From an uncultured Chloroflexia bacterium (GTDB taxonomy: Bacteria > Chloroflexota > Limnocylindria > Limnocylindrales > CSP1-4): 64,000 bases of DNA. The stretch spans positions 1,024,001 through 1,088,000 of the forward strand of contig CAVPPB010000003.1 of assembly GCA_963707215.1 (NCBI GenBank), in the 5' to 3' direction. The notes beneath the pieces are model-generated. The model made no database searches. It saw only the letters and a program-made list of their open reading frames with translations, and was not told the DNA's origin. The translations under genes and the position numbers were made by a program. Positions 49,741 through 61,056 of the stretch are shown in pieces; position 1 is the stretch's first letter, and each line of letters starts with the position of its first letter.

Positions 49741-50216
49741 CACCAGAGCACCGGCTTCGACATCATCAGGAACGCGATCAGGCCGACCGCGGTCGTGATC
49801 CCGTAGGCGATGTAGCGCTGGCGGCGCGCGCCCTCGCGCCAGGCATCGCGGTCCTGGCCGGACGGGCCGGGACCGCGACCCAGCAGCGAGCGGAGGCTCG
49901 GTCGCTGGATGAAGAAGACCACCACGGCCGTGATCGCGTACGTCGCCAGCGACACGAGGAGCCACGGCTGCTCCAGGAGCTGCGGGCCGACCACGACGAG
50001 CATGCCGATCCCCGTGGCGGCCAGGCCGGCGCCGATGATGGCCGTGCCGTTCGCCTGCAGCCACAGCAGCCCGCGGACGAAGCGTCCCGGGGGGTTCTCG
50101 GTCCCCCGTCTCGAGCGGAGCGTGAACGGCAGCACGAGGCCCGGCACGAAGAGCGCGATGGCAAGACTGACGTGGGCGGCGAGGAGCACCGGGAAGAAGG
50201 CGATGAGGTTCGGCAT
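49740..50216 (-). CDS. Small 4-TM membrane protein (DUF2269-like)
   Basis: H in the first TM, TG..M, W motif, terminal LMMSKP. Confidence 0.7.
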   Translation of the reverse strand: MPNLIAFFPVLLAAHVSLAIALFVPGLVLPFTLRSRRGTENPPGRFVRGLLWLQANGTAIIGAGLAATGIGMLVVVGPQLLEQPWLLVSLATYAITAVVVFFIQRPSLRSLLGRGPGPSGQDRDAWREGARRQRYIAYGITTAVGLIAFLMMSKPVLW

Positions 50217-50291
50217 CGGAGCGTCAGCGAGCGCTCGGTGGGCCCGGCGGCGTACCGGGAGGTGCGGGATGGGTCGGGCTCGGGCCGGCGG

Positions 50292-51404
50292 TCATCCTAC
50301 CGCAGCTCGCCCACGACCCTCGGTCGGGCCCGACCCGACGGCCGAACGCCCGGTAGCTCGACCCGACGACCGGACGGCCTCGAGTGCCACCCAGTCGCCC
50401 TCCACCGACCGTCGGAGGACCCTGAGGCCCTGGGCCCCGAACGCCTCGCGGACCTCCGCCTCACGGTCGACGAAGATGCCCGAGGCCAGCAGGGATCCGC
50501 CCGGCACGACCTCCTCGACGAGCGCGGGGGCGAGGTCGACCAGGAGGCTGGCGATGAGGTTGGCCACGACCACGTCGAACGGCCCCGCGCCCGTCGGGAC
50601 GCTGCCGGGCAGGACCCGGATGCGCCGGGCCAGCCGATTCCGCCGGGCGTTCGCAGTGGTCGCCTCGACCGCGATCGGATCCGGGTCGACGCCGACGATC
50701 GCGCCCGCCCCGAGACGGGCGGCGGCGATGGCCAGGATCCCGGAGCCGCAGCCGACGTCAAGCACCCGGGCCGTGCCGTCGGCCGCCGAGCCGACGGCGA
50801 GGACCCCGCGGTCGGCGAGGTCCTCCAGGCCGGCCAGGCACAGCCGGGTCGTCGGATGGAGCCCCGTCCCGAAGGCCATCCCCGGGTCGAGCGCCAGGAC
50901 GACGTCGCCGGGCAGACGTCGATGACGGCGCCAGGTGGGCCGGATGACGAGCCGACGACCGACCCGCAGGACCGGGAAGTGGGCCTTCCACGCCTCGGCC
51001 CAGTCCTCCTCGTGGACGACCCGGGTCTCGAGCTCGCCGATCGGCCGCAGTCCGAAGGCCTGCAGGTGGCCCAGGGCGCCACGGGCGCCGTCCACGGCAA
51101 CCCTCGCGGCGCTGGCGCTCGTCGCCGGCAGGTACGCCCGGACGATCGACGGCCGGGACGGATCGAGCCGGGCCCCGAGTCCGTCGTCGACGAGCTCGAA
51201 CGCCGGCTCCACCGTCGTGCCGCCAGGCGCGTAGCGGGTCAGGATCTCGCTCACCGCTTCGACGGCCTCGGCATCGGCGGCCACCGCCAGCTCGAGCCAG
51301 GTCCCGGCCGCCGAGCGGCCGTCGTCGCCGGACGGCCGGGCGGTCGTGGCGCCCGCGTCGTTCGAAGCGCGCTCGGCGCCGGGAGTCGCCGGCCGATCAG
51401 CCAA
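50292..51404 (-). CDS. prmA: Ribosomal protein L11 methyltransferase
   Basis: [40 protein letters not shown]; start approximate (TTG overlapping dnaJ end). Confidence 0.92.
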   Translation of the reverse strand: MADRPATPGAERASNDAGATTARPSGDDGRSAAGTWLELAVAADAEAVEAVSEILTRYAPGGTTVEPAFELVDDGLGARLDPSRPSIVRAYLPATSASAARVAVDGARGALGHLQAFGLRPIGELETRVVHEEDWAEAWKAHFPVLRVGRRLVIRPTWRRHRRLPGDVVLALDPGMAFGTGLHPTTRLCLAGLEDLADRGVLAVGSAADGTARVLDVGCGSGILAIAAARLGAGAIVGVDPDPIAVEATTANARRNRLARRIRVLPGSVPTGAGPFDVVVANLIASLLVDLAPALVEEVVPGGSLLASGIFVDREAEVREAFGAQGLRVLRRSVEGDWVALEAVRSSGRATGRSAVGSGPTEGRGRAAVG

Positions 51405-52518
51405 GGGCGTCGCGGACCCGGTCCAGGATCCCGCCGCCGCCCCCGACCGTCTCGCCGGAGGCGGTCGCATAGGCTTCGAGCGCCTCGCGCTGGGCCTTGG
51501 TCAGCTTCGTCGGGACCGCGATGTCGACGAGCACGTGCAGGTCGCCCCGCACGGAGGCGCGCCGCAGGTGCGGGGCGCCCTTGCCGCGCAGGCGGATCTC
51601 GCTGCCCGGCTGGGTCCCGGGCTTGATCTCGACCTCCTCCTCGCCGTCCACGGTCGGGACCGCCAGGCGGACCCCGAGCGCCGCCTGGGCGATCGAGAGC
51701 TGCAGGTCGTAGTAGAGCTCGGTGCCCTCACGTCGCAGGGACGGATGGGGGGCGACGTGGACCGCCACATAGAGGCTCCCGGGAGGACCCCCGCGCGGCC
51801 CGACCTCGCCCTCGTTCGAGAGGCGGATCTGGTGGCCCTCGTCGATCCCGGCCGGGATGGCGACCCGCAGCGTCCGCCGGCGCTCGGTCCGCCCGTCGCC
51901 GCGACAGGTCTCGCAGGGCGTCTCGACGATCCGACCCTCGCCGCGACAGCGCGGGCAGGCCGTGACGTTGACCATCTGCCCGAGCATCGTCGAACGGACC
52001 TGGCGAAGCTCGCCGCGCCCGTTGCACTGCGGGCAGGTCGTGGGCTCGCTGCCGGGTGCGGCTCCCGATCCCGAGCAGGTCTCGCAGCGCCCCAGGACGG
52101 GGAACTCGATCTCCTTCTCGGTGCCCACGATGGCCTCCTCGAAGGTGATCCGCAGGTCGTAGCGAAGGTCCGACCCGGACGTGGGGCGCGTCCGCCGTCC
52201 GCCTGCGGCGGCGCCGCCGAAGAAGGCGTCGAAGATGTCCCCGAAGCCGCCGAAGCCGCCGAAGCCGAACTCGCCCTCGCCGACGCCGCCGCCCACCCCG
52301 GCCCGGCCGAACATGTCGTAGGCCTGACGGCGCTGGGGGTCCGAGAGGATCTGGTAGGCCTCGTTGACCTCCTTGAAGCGCTCGGCCGCCTCGGCGCTGG
52401 CGTTGACGTCCGGGTGCCACTGCTGGGCGAGCTTGCGGAAGGCGCGCTTGATCTCTGCGTCGGACGCACCGCGCTCGACGCCGAGGACCCGGTAGTAGTC
52501 CTGTTCGGTCGTGGCCAC
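51397..52518 (-). CDS. dnaJ: Chaperone DnaJ
   Basis: J-domain HPD, G/F region, four CxxCxGxG repeats. Confidence 0.97.
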   Translation of the reverse strand: MATTEQDYYRVLGVERGASDAEIKRAFRKLAQQWHPDVNASAEAAERFKEVNEAYQILSDPQRRQAYDMFGRAGVGGGVGEGEFGFGGFGGFGDIFDAFFGGAAAGGRRTRPTSGSDLRYDLRITFEEAIVGTEKEIEFPVLGRCETCSGSGAAPGSEPTTCPQCNGRGELRQVRSTMLGQMVNVTACPRCRGEGRIVETPCETCRGDGRTERRRTLRVAIPAGIDEGHQIRLSNEGEVGPRGGPPGSLYVAVHVAPHPSLRREGTELYYDLQLSIAQAALGVRLAVPTVDGEEEVEIKPGTQPGSEIRLRGKGAPHLRRASVRGDLHVLVDIAVPTKLTKAQREALEAYATASGETVGGGGGILDRVRDALG

Positions 52519-52574
52519 GGCGGAAGTCTACGGGAGCGGCGCCGAGGAGGGCCGCCGCGGCTCGGGCGAGGGAC

Positions 52575-53312
52575 TCACCCGAGGGGCTCCTGCGGACGAC
52601 CGGCCAGGTCGGCGGCCCGCCCGAGCACCGCCTCGAGCATGACCGGCGTGAGCCGACCGGTGAAGGTGTTCTGCTGGCTGGGGTGGTAGGAGCCCAGCAT
52701 GCGGTACGGCCCGATCCGGACCTCGGCGGCGTGCCCGAAGCGCGGTCGGGGCCTGGGGATGGCCTGGCCCGTTGCGGCGAGGACCCGTAGCGTCGCGTCC
52801 CAGCCGAACGCTCCCAGGGCGACGATCACCTCCACCCTCGAGAGGAGCCCGAGCTCGCGGGCCAGGTAGGGAAGACAGCGATCTCGTTCCTCGATGGTCG
52901 GTCGGTTGGCCGGCGGTGCGCAGCGCACCGCGGCAGCGATGTAGGCGTCGGTCAGCGTGAGACCGTCGTCGGCCCGCCGCGACGAGGCCCTGTCGGCGAA
53001 GCCGGTCGCGTGGAGGGCGGTCCACAGGACGTCACCCGAACGGTCCCCGGTGAAGACCCGGCCGGTCCGGTTGCCGCCGTGGGCCGCCGGCGCGAGCCCG
53101 ACGACGAGGACCCGAGCCGACGGGTCGCCGAAGCCCGGGACCGGGCGCCCCCAGTACGGCTCGTCACGGTAGCGGGCGACCTTCTCCGCGGCCTGACGCT
53201 CGCGCCACTCGACGAGCCGGGGGCAGGCCCGACAGGCGGCGATGGCGGTCGACAGCGCGGCGAGATCGGTCGCCGCGGCGGCCCTGGCCACCGGGTCGTC
53301 CGGCCCGGTCAT
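52575..53312 (-). CDS. udgB: Uracil-DNA glycosylase family 5 (UdgB)
   Basis: CRACPRL, GLAPAAHGGNRTGRVFTGD, RCAPP.N.P, YHPSQQN. Confidence 0.92.
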   Translation of the reverse strand: MTGPDDPVARAAAATDLAALSTAIAACRACPRLVEWRERQAAEKVARYRDEPYWGRPVPGFGDPSARVLVVGLAPAAHGGNRTGRVFTGDRSGDVLWTALHATGFADRASSRRADDGLTLTDAYIAAAVRCAPPANRPTIEERDRCLPYLARELGLLSRVEVIVALGAFGWDATLRVLAATGQAIPRPRPRFGHAAEVRIGPYRMLGSYHPSQQNTFTGRLTPVMLEAVLGRAADLAGRPQEPLG

Positions 53313-53533
53313 GGCTGGGGCCGGCGGCGGCGGGCCAGGCGCCCGAGCAGGACGATCACGACGATCCCGATCAGGCCGAGAGCGGGCGGCCCGATGCTCA
53401 CGGCCTCCCCGAGACCGCCGCCGGCCGACATCGGAGTCCCGGAGGGCTCCAGCGTGGCGGCCAGGACGGACGCGGGGGCGGCCGCGGCGACGATCAGAAC
53501 CAGCGCGAGAGCCCTGACGATGCAGACGGTCAC
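53309..53533 (-). CDS. Small hypothetical protein: signal peptide, short Gly-rich segment, TM helix, basic tail
   Basis: Fills the gap between permease and udgB; stop overlaps the udgB ATG; two hydrophobic stretches and RLARRRR tail. Confidence 0.5.
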   Translation of the reverse strand: MTVCIVRALALVLIVAAAAPASVLAATLEPSGTPMSAGGGLGEAVSIGPPALGLIGIVVIVLLGRLARRRRPQP

Positions 53534-53591
53534 GAGGAGTCGGCCGACGCCACGGCGCGCCGGGCGGCCGGGAGGGGCGCTCGACGGTCCA

Positions 53592-54392
53592 TCACTTCAT
53601 CAGGAGGCGGTCGAGCCGCGACCCCACGACGGCCAGGCCGGCGAGGCCCATCGCCAGCAGGTAGGCGACCCGCACGACGATCGTCGGCTCCACGAGACCC
53701 GTCGTGAGCTGGCGGAGCAGGTCGACACCCTGGTAGAGCGGGGTCAGCGAGACGACGAGCTGGAGTGGCTCAGGATAGGCGCTGAGCGGGTAGAAGGTCG
53801 CCGAGAACAGGAAGAGCGGCAGGATGACGACGAAGATGAGGTCGAAGTCCTGCCAGGTCCGCATCCAGGTCGTCAGCGCCATGCCGGCGGCCGCGAAGGC
53901 GAAGCCGATCAGGAGCGCCCCGGGGATGGCCAGCACCGCGAGCGGCGACAGGGCCAGGCCGAGCAGGATCATGACGGCGAGGAACCCCGTCGCGTACAGC
54001 CCGCCGCGGATGAGGGACCAGCCGACCTCGCCGACCGCGACGTCGCCGATCCCCATCGGCGTCGAGACGATCGCGTCGTAGGTCCTGGCGTATTTGAGCT
54101 TGAAGAAGACGTTGAAGGTGGACTCGAAGACCGCCCCGTTCATGGCCGAGGTCGCCAGCAGGCCGGGCGCGACGAACACGGCGTAGGGCAGCTCCTGGCC
54201 GCCGGGGCCGGGCACGCTGCCGATGAGCGCCCCCAGGCCGAAGCCAAGGCCGAGCAGGTAGAAGAGCGGCTCGAAGAAGCCTGACACGAGGACCAGCCAG
54301 GTCCGCCGGTAGACCATGACGTTGCGCTCGATGAGCCGGTCGGCCCGAGCGCCGAAGGCGGCCGGCGGCAGGATCCGCGTCGCGATGGCCAT
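53592..54392 (-). CDS. ABC-2 permease (NodJ-like)
   Basis: SGFFEPLFYL, FVAPGLLA, LFSATFYP, PLYQGV. Confidence 0.9.
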   Translation of the reverse strand: MAIATRILPPAAFGARADRLIERNVMVYRRTWLVLVSGFFEPLFYLLGLGFGLGALIGSVPGPGGQELPYAVFVAPGLLATSAMNGAVFESTFNVFFKLKYARTYDAIVSTPMGIGDVAVGEVGWSLIRGGLYATGFLAVMILLGLALSPLAVLAIPGALLIGFAFAAAGMALTTWMRTWQDFDLIFVVILPLFLFSATFYPLSAYPEPLQLVVSLTPLYQGVDLLRQLTTGLVEPTIVVRVAYLLAMGLAGLAVVGSRLDRLLMK

Positions 54393-54394
54393 CG

Positions 54395-55171
54395 TCAGCG
54401 CTCCAGGGCCCGGCGGAAGGTCACCGACGCGGCGGCGAGCCCCGCCAGGCCGAAGCCGACGAGGACCGCGACGTGGATCGCCGCCAGCGCCGGCTCGGCC
54501 GTGCCGAGGACCAGCGATCGGATCAGGTCGACGCCGTGCCAGAGCGGGGTCAGATAGGCGACCAGCCGCAGCAGCTCGGGCAGCTGCTCGACCGGGAAGA
54601 AGGTCCCCGAGAAGATGAACAGGGGCGTGATCCCGAAGCGGAAGATCGCGTTGAAGCCCTGGTCGTTCCGCTGAGTCGCCGTGAAGGCGATGACGGGCGC
54701 GGCGAAGGCGAGGCCGGTCAGGACCGCCGCCGGTACCGCCAGGAGAGCCAACGGTGCGGCCGTCAGGCCGAAGACGGCCATGACGGCCAGGAAGACGCTG
54801 CTGGCAAGGGCCAGGCGGACAGCCACCCAGCCCAGCTCCCCGACGACGATACCCGGGATCGAGACGGGGGTGGCCAGCATTCCCTGGTAGACCCGGTTCC
54901 AGCGGATCCGGCCCATGATCGTGTAGGTGACGGCGAAGGCGCCGACCTGCATCGCCTGAGCCGCCATCAGGCCGGGTGCCAACCACTCCGCGTAGGGCAC
55001 GCCTCCGAGGACCTCCTCGGCGGTGCCGGCGGCGTCGACGAAGCGTCCCACCCCGAAGCCCATGGCCGCCAGGTAGAGGACCGGGCTCAGGAACATCGTG
55101 GTGAGACCACCGCGCCATGTCTGCCGGTAGACCCGGGCGTTGTACTCGAGCACGCGGGCCGTGGCGCTCAT
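54395..55171 (-). CDS. ABC-2 permease (NodJ-like)
   Basis: PVLYLAAMGFG, LAPGL, FSGTFFP, PLWHGV. Confidence 0.9.
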   Translation of the reverse strand: MSATARVLEYNARVYRQTWRGGLTTMFLSPVLYLAAMGFGVGRFVDAAGTAEEVLGGVPYAEWLAPGLMAAQAMQVGAFAVTYTIMGRIRWNRVYQGMLATPVSIPGIVVGELGWVAVRLALASSVFLAVMAVFGLTAAPLALLAVPAAVLTGLAFAAPVIAFTATQRNDQGFNAIFRFGITPLFIFSGTFFPVEQLPELLRLVAYLTPLWHGVDLIRSLVLGTAEPALAAIHVAVLVGFGLAGLAAASVTFRRALER

Positions 55172-55178
55172 CGGGTGG

Positions 55179-56123
55179 TCACTCGACGAGCGAGCGGCCG
55201 GTCAGCCGCAGGAAGACGTCCTCGAGCGTCGAGCGGCGGACGAGCGCCGTCTGCGGCTGGAAGCCGGCTTCGCGGGTCGCGACCAGGGTCCTCTCGCCAT
55301 CGTCGGAGTAGAGCAGGACCCGGTCGGGCAGCCGTTCGACGCGGGCGGCCAGCCCGTCCAGGGATCCGTCGAGCGTGTCCTGGACGCCGGGCGGGAACCG
55401 CAGCTCGGTCACGTCCCGGGTGGAGTAGCGGTCGATCAGCTCGCGCGGCGACCCCTCGGCCACGATGCGGGCCTTGTCCATCACGACGAGCCGATCGCAG
55501 AGCTGCTCGGCCTCGTCCATGTAGTGGGTCGTCAGGACCAGGGTCACGCCACGCTGCTTGAGCCGGTAGAGACGGTCCCAGAGGAGATGGCGGGCCTGCG
55601 GGTCGAGGCCCGTCGTCGGCTCGTCGAGGAGCAGCAGGTCGGGTTCGTTGATCAGCGACCGGGCGATCGTGAGCCGGCGCTTCATGCCGCCCGACAGCGG
55701 CTCCACCTGGCTGTCGGCGCGGTCGAGGAGCTGGACGAAATCCAGCAGCCCGTCGGCGCGGCGCCGGGCCTCGGCTCGCGACAGGTCGAAGTAGCGACCG
55801 TAGATGACGAGGTTCTCGCGGACCGACAGCTCCATGTCGAGCGTGTCCTGCTGCGGGACCACCCCGAGGCGGGCCTTGATCAAGGCCCCGTCGGTGGCCG
55901 GGTCCATGCCCAGCACCCGGAGCGTCCCCGCGGTGACCGGCGAGACGCAGCCGATCATCCGCATCGCCGAGGTCTTCCCGGCCCCGTTCGGGCCAAGGAA
56001 CCCGAAGGCCTCCCCGGGCGCGACGTCGAAGTCGATCGCGTCCACGGCGGTCAGGGCGCCGAAGCGCTTCGTGAGGTCGCGGGCGTGGATGAGCGGGTCG
56101 GTGGATCCGGAGGCGGCGGACAC
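55179..56123 (-). CDS. ABC-2 ATPase (NodI-like)
   Basis: GPNGAGKTS, GVVPQQD.LD, LSGGMKRR, TTHYMDEAE; GTG start 8 nt after TAGGAT. Confidence 0.92.
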   Translation of the reverse strand: MSAASGSTDPLIHARDLTKRFGALTAVDAIDFDVAPGEAFGFLGPNGAGKTSAMRMIGCVSPVTAGTLRVLGMDPATDGALIKARLGVVPQQDTLDMELSVRENLVIYGRYFDLSRAEARRRADGLLDFVQLLDRADSQVEPLSGGMKRRLTIARSLINEPDLLLLDEPTTGLDPQARHLLWDRLYRLKQRGVTLVLTTHYMDEAEQLCDRLVVMDKARIVAEGSPRELIDRYSTRDVTELRFPPGVQDTLDGSLDGLAARVERLPDRVLLYSDDGERTLVATREAGFQPQTALVRRSTLEDVFLRLTGRSLVE

Positions 56124-56202
56124 GGGGCCGAATCCTACTCCGGGGTCGTCGGACGCGCGGCCGTGCAGGCCCCGCCCGGGCTCGACCGCCGCGTGGCGGC
56201 GG

Positions 56203-57201
56203 CTACTCGCCGGCGGTCGGCGGGCCGGCCAGGAGCTCCGAGTGCGACGCCGGCTCGAACGAGGCGAACGACCGATGCCAGGTGAAGTCGGGCCAGCGGT
56301 ACTCGACCCGGCCCTCCGTCGGGTGGAAGACCGCGGTGTAGAGCGTCCCGAAGTGCCCCGTGCCGGCGGAGTCGCGCAGCGGCGGGCGGAGGAAGGCGGC
56401 GACGAAATCGTCGGGTCCGACGTAGGGATCGGCGAGCAGGGCGGCGATGAGCCCCTCCCGCTCATGAGAGCGGGTCGCGGTCGTGTACTCGGGCCAATCG
56501 AGGACGTCCTGGTGGTTCGTGGCGACGGCGACCGGCGCGAAGACCGGGTCGCGGTCCGGGGCCAGGTAGGCGGTGATGACCTGGCCGGCCGCATCGACGA
56601 GGGTGAGGTTGTGGGCCAGGTTCACCGGCAGCGCGCTCAGGCGACCCATCGCCGCGGCCACCGTGGAGCAGGTCTCCAGCAGGTAGCGGACCACGAGCGG
56701 GATCCCGAAGCCGTGCCCCAGGACGGCCCGCCCGCCGAAGGTCAGCGAGACCGCCAGGCCGTCCTCGTTCATCCCATCGAGCAGGCCCCAGAGCATGTCG
56801 CTCATGCCGATCACCCGGCGGCCCGTCCAGGCGCTCGACCAGACGATGCCCTCGAGCCGGTCCGGTCGGTAGTCGTAGTTCCGGACGAGCATCGGAGCGG
56901 TCCGCGTCCAGGCCCCCTGGGAGCAGGCCGCCAGGAACGGCGGCGGGTCGACCATCGAGAGCATCCGGGCGGCGACGTCACCGCCGCCGGCCAGCTCGCA
57001 GAGCGTCCCGTACAGCGGCAGCAGCTCGGGCATGTGGGTCTCGAGCATCCGGAGACCCTCCGCGTAGCTCGTCCGGGCCGAGTCGCCCTCACGAAGGAAC
57101 CAGCTCCGGTAGCCGGGCCAGAGCTCCTCGAAGACCCCCTGCCAGACCGGGCCCGGGATCGTCTCGGCCAGCGCCCGGAAGACGGATGGCTGGATCGTCA
57201 C
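56203..57201 (-). CDS. C45 family autoproteolytic Ntn-hydrolase/acyltransferase
   Basis: AAC/SQ nucleophile site, RNYDY, GLLDGMNEDGL, TNHQ, GTLYT. Confidence 0.85.
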   Translation of the reverse strand: MTIQPSVFRALAETIPGPVWQGVFEELWPGYRSWFLREGDSARTSYAEGLRMLETHMPELLPLYGTLCELAGGGDVAARMLSMVDPPPFLAACSQGAWTRTAPMLVRNYDYRPDRLEGIVWSSAWTGRRVIGMSDMLWGLLDGMNEDGLAVSLTFGGRAVLGHGFGIPLVVRYLLETCSTVAAAMGRLSALPVNLAHNLTLVDAAGQVITAYLAPDRDPVFAPVAVATNHQDVLDWPEYTTATRSHEREGLIAALLADPYVGPDDFVAAFLRPPLRDSAGTGHFGTLYTAVFHPTEGRVEYRWPDFTWHRSFASFEPASHSELLAGPPTAGE

Positions 57202-57208
57202 CGCCGAC

Positions 57209-58951
57209 CTAGAGGAGCTTGAAGCCGAAGGGATCCGGGTGCGGCACCGGGATCGCCTCCGACTCGTCGTGCGGCGTGGCCTGGAACTCCGCCTCGAGAC
57301 CACGGATCCAGGCCCGGGTCCGGTCGGTCAGCTCGTAGTCGTCGGTCATGAAGCGCCCGCGCGAGACGAGGATGCCGAGGTCGGCACCGTGGTAGCGGTA
57401 GCCGCCCGGCCCGGCGATCCGGAGGTAGAAGGCCTCCGACTCGTCCTCGACCCGATGCCAGTCGGTGGCCGGGCGCGAGAAGGACAACGAGCCGTCGGCG
57501 CCAAGTCGCCAGATGCCCGACCGGGGAGCCTTCGTCAGCAGGGCGACCTGGTCGCCAGTGTCCTTGATCACGACCTGGGCCCAGCTGTCCATCCGGGCAC
57601 CCAGGCTCGCCCAGCGTGCGTTCAGATCGTCCACGTCGAGCTCGTACTCGACGTCCATGAACTCGAGCAGGTGGAAGAGGAACAGCGGCATGTCGCCGTA
57701 GGCCACGGCCGAGACGTTGGTGATGGAGGATGCGCCGGTGACCCGCGGGTTGAGCTCGCCCAGCCAGAGGTCGCCGGTCCCGGCGTCGAGCAGGAAGTCG
57801 AGCTCGAAGTAGCCGCGGTAGCCCTCCTGGCGGAGTCGCTCCCCCATCGCCCGGGTCCGCTCGCGGGCGACCTGCTCGAGGCCACCGCCGACCGGCAGGC
57901 CGAAGACCTCGTCACCGCACCAGCCACCGCCGTACGGGGTCAGCTCCGGGAAGCCGGCCAGCTCGGTCATCAAGGGTCCCACCAGCGTGCCGTGCCGGGT
58001 CACCACTCCTTCGATGGCCAGCTCCCGCGGCTCGATCCGGCGCATGATCTTCAGCTCGTGACCCTTGAGCTCGTCGACGTGCGTCTTCCAGTCGGCCTCG
58101 GCCGAGACGAAGAAGGTCGTCTTGCCGGAGTCGCCGTAGGGTGTCTGGACCACGAGGTCGGGCCCCAGGTCGGCGTCCTCGGCGAGCTTGCGGAGGGCCC
58201 GGTAGCTCTTCGCCCGGCCCAGGACGTTGGGGACCGAGGGCACGCCGGCCTCGTTGCCCAGCCGGGTCGTCTCGACCTTGGAATCCAGCCGGTGGCGCAG
58301 CTCGGCGGAGGGGAAGGCGACCCGCAAGCCGGCGTCCTCGGCCAGGCGCTCGGTCGATTCCTCGAACATGAGGAACGTCGCCAGGCCCGCGTCGGCGGCC
58401 CCGGGCGGCCGACGGGCCGCGATGTAGTCGCGGACCTCCTTGTGGCCCAGGAGGTAGTCGTTGATCTCCTCGATCGAGCCGAAGGCGCGCGGCTCGCGCT
58501 CGCGGGGCACGAAGACGCTCGGGTGACCACCGTCGAACGTGTCGTAGTAGCTGATGAACCGGAAGTTGCGGACCCAGCGATCGATGCCCAGGAGGTTGAA
58601 GGCGGTCGCCGAGATGAAGTAGACGGGGGTCTCGCTGGTCCGGAAGAAGGCCCGGATGTCGGCCAGTCCACGGAGCACCCCGTCGTCATCGGACCGGCGC
58701 CGGCGGCGGGGTGGGGTGGTCGCACCTTCGTCGGTCGATGCGGCGGTCGAGGCCGCCGCCGCTCCGGGCGGGGCAGCGTCCGCACGGGCCGCGGCCCCGG
58801 CCGATGCCGTCTCCCCGGTCGGTCGACCCTTCCGTCCGAGCGCCCGGTCGCCGGCCTCGAAGCGGCGACGGGCCTGGATGGCCCGGGTCGCGACGGCGAC
58901 GGCGACCCCGGCGACCACCCCGAGGGTCGCGATGACGAGTCGGCGGAGCAT
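57209..58951 (-). CDS. ATP-grasp fold ligase with N-terminal membrane anchor and low-complexity linker
   Basis: DSK, YGDSGKTT loop, GYFELDFL, ELNPR; N-terminal MLRRLVIATLGVVAGVAVAVA; SD GGGAGG. Confidence 0.82.
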   Translation of the reverse strand: MLRRLVIATLGVVAGVAVAVATRAIQARRRFEAGDRALGRKGRPTGETASAGAAARADAAPPGAAAASTAASTDEGATTPPRRRRRSDDDGVLRGLADIRAFFRTSETPVYFISATAFNLLGIDRWVRNFRFISYYDTFDGGHPSVFVPREREPRAFGSIEEINDYLLGHKEVRDYIAARRPPGAADAGLATFLMFEESTERLAEDAGLRVAFPSAELRHRLDSKVETTRLGNEAGVPSVPNVLGRAKSYRALRKLAEDADLGPDLVVQTPYGDSGKTTFFVSAEADWKTHVDELKGHELKIMRRIEPRELAIEGVVTRHGTLVGPLMTELAGFPELTPYGGGWCGDEVFGLPVGGGLEQVARERTRAMGERLRQEGYRGYFELDFLLDAGTGDLWLGELNPRVTGASSITNVSAVAYGDMPLFLFHLLEFMDVEYELDVDDLNARWASLGARMDSWAQVVIKDTGDQVALLTKAPRSGIWRLGADGSLSFSRPATDWHRVEDESEAFYLRIAGPGGYRYHGADLGILVSRGRFMTDDYELTDRTRAWIRGLEAEFQATPHDESEAIPVPHPDPFGFKLL

Positions 58952-59050
58952 GCGGACCCTCCCGTTCCGACCGAAGGGGGACGAGCCTAGCACCCCGACG
59001 TACGGCCCGAACGGTCCCGACCGACACGCGACCCCTCGCCTGACGCAGCG

Positions 59051-59078
59051 GGGCCCGCGGCGTCGCCGCCGCGGGCCC
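59051..59078. terminator. GC-rich hairpin downstream of dnaK (probable terminator, no U-tract)
   Basis: Perfect 12-bp inverted repeat GGGCCCGCGGCG-TCGC-CGCCGCGGGCCC, 30 nt after the dnaK stop. Confidence 0.6.
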
Positions 59079-59108
59079 GGATCGAACCGTGGTCGGCCCC
59101 AGCCGGGG

Positions 59109-61046
<1,938 letters not shown>

Positions 61047-61056
61047 GCGATGGCTC

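Noticed and set aside
53592-56123. Nod-factor export (nodIJ) function
   Set aside because: Family resemblance only; no nodABC-like genes in the window.
57209-58951. Annotation as acetyl-CoA carboxylase biotin carboxylase (accC)
   Set aside because: Lacks AccC hallmarks (ANRGEIA, HPGYGFLSEN, RDCS.QRR) and has no biotin-carrier neighbour.
52519-59108. Mobile element or genomic island explanation for the dnaK-dnaJ insert
   Set aside because: No integrase, transposase or flanking direct repeats seen, and base composition looks like the rest of the window.
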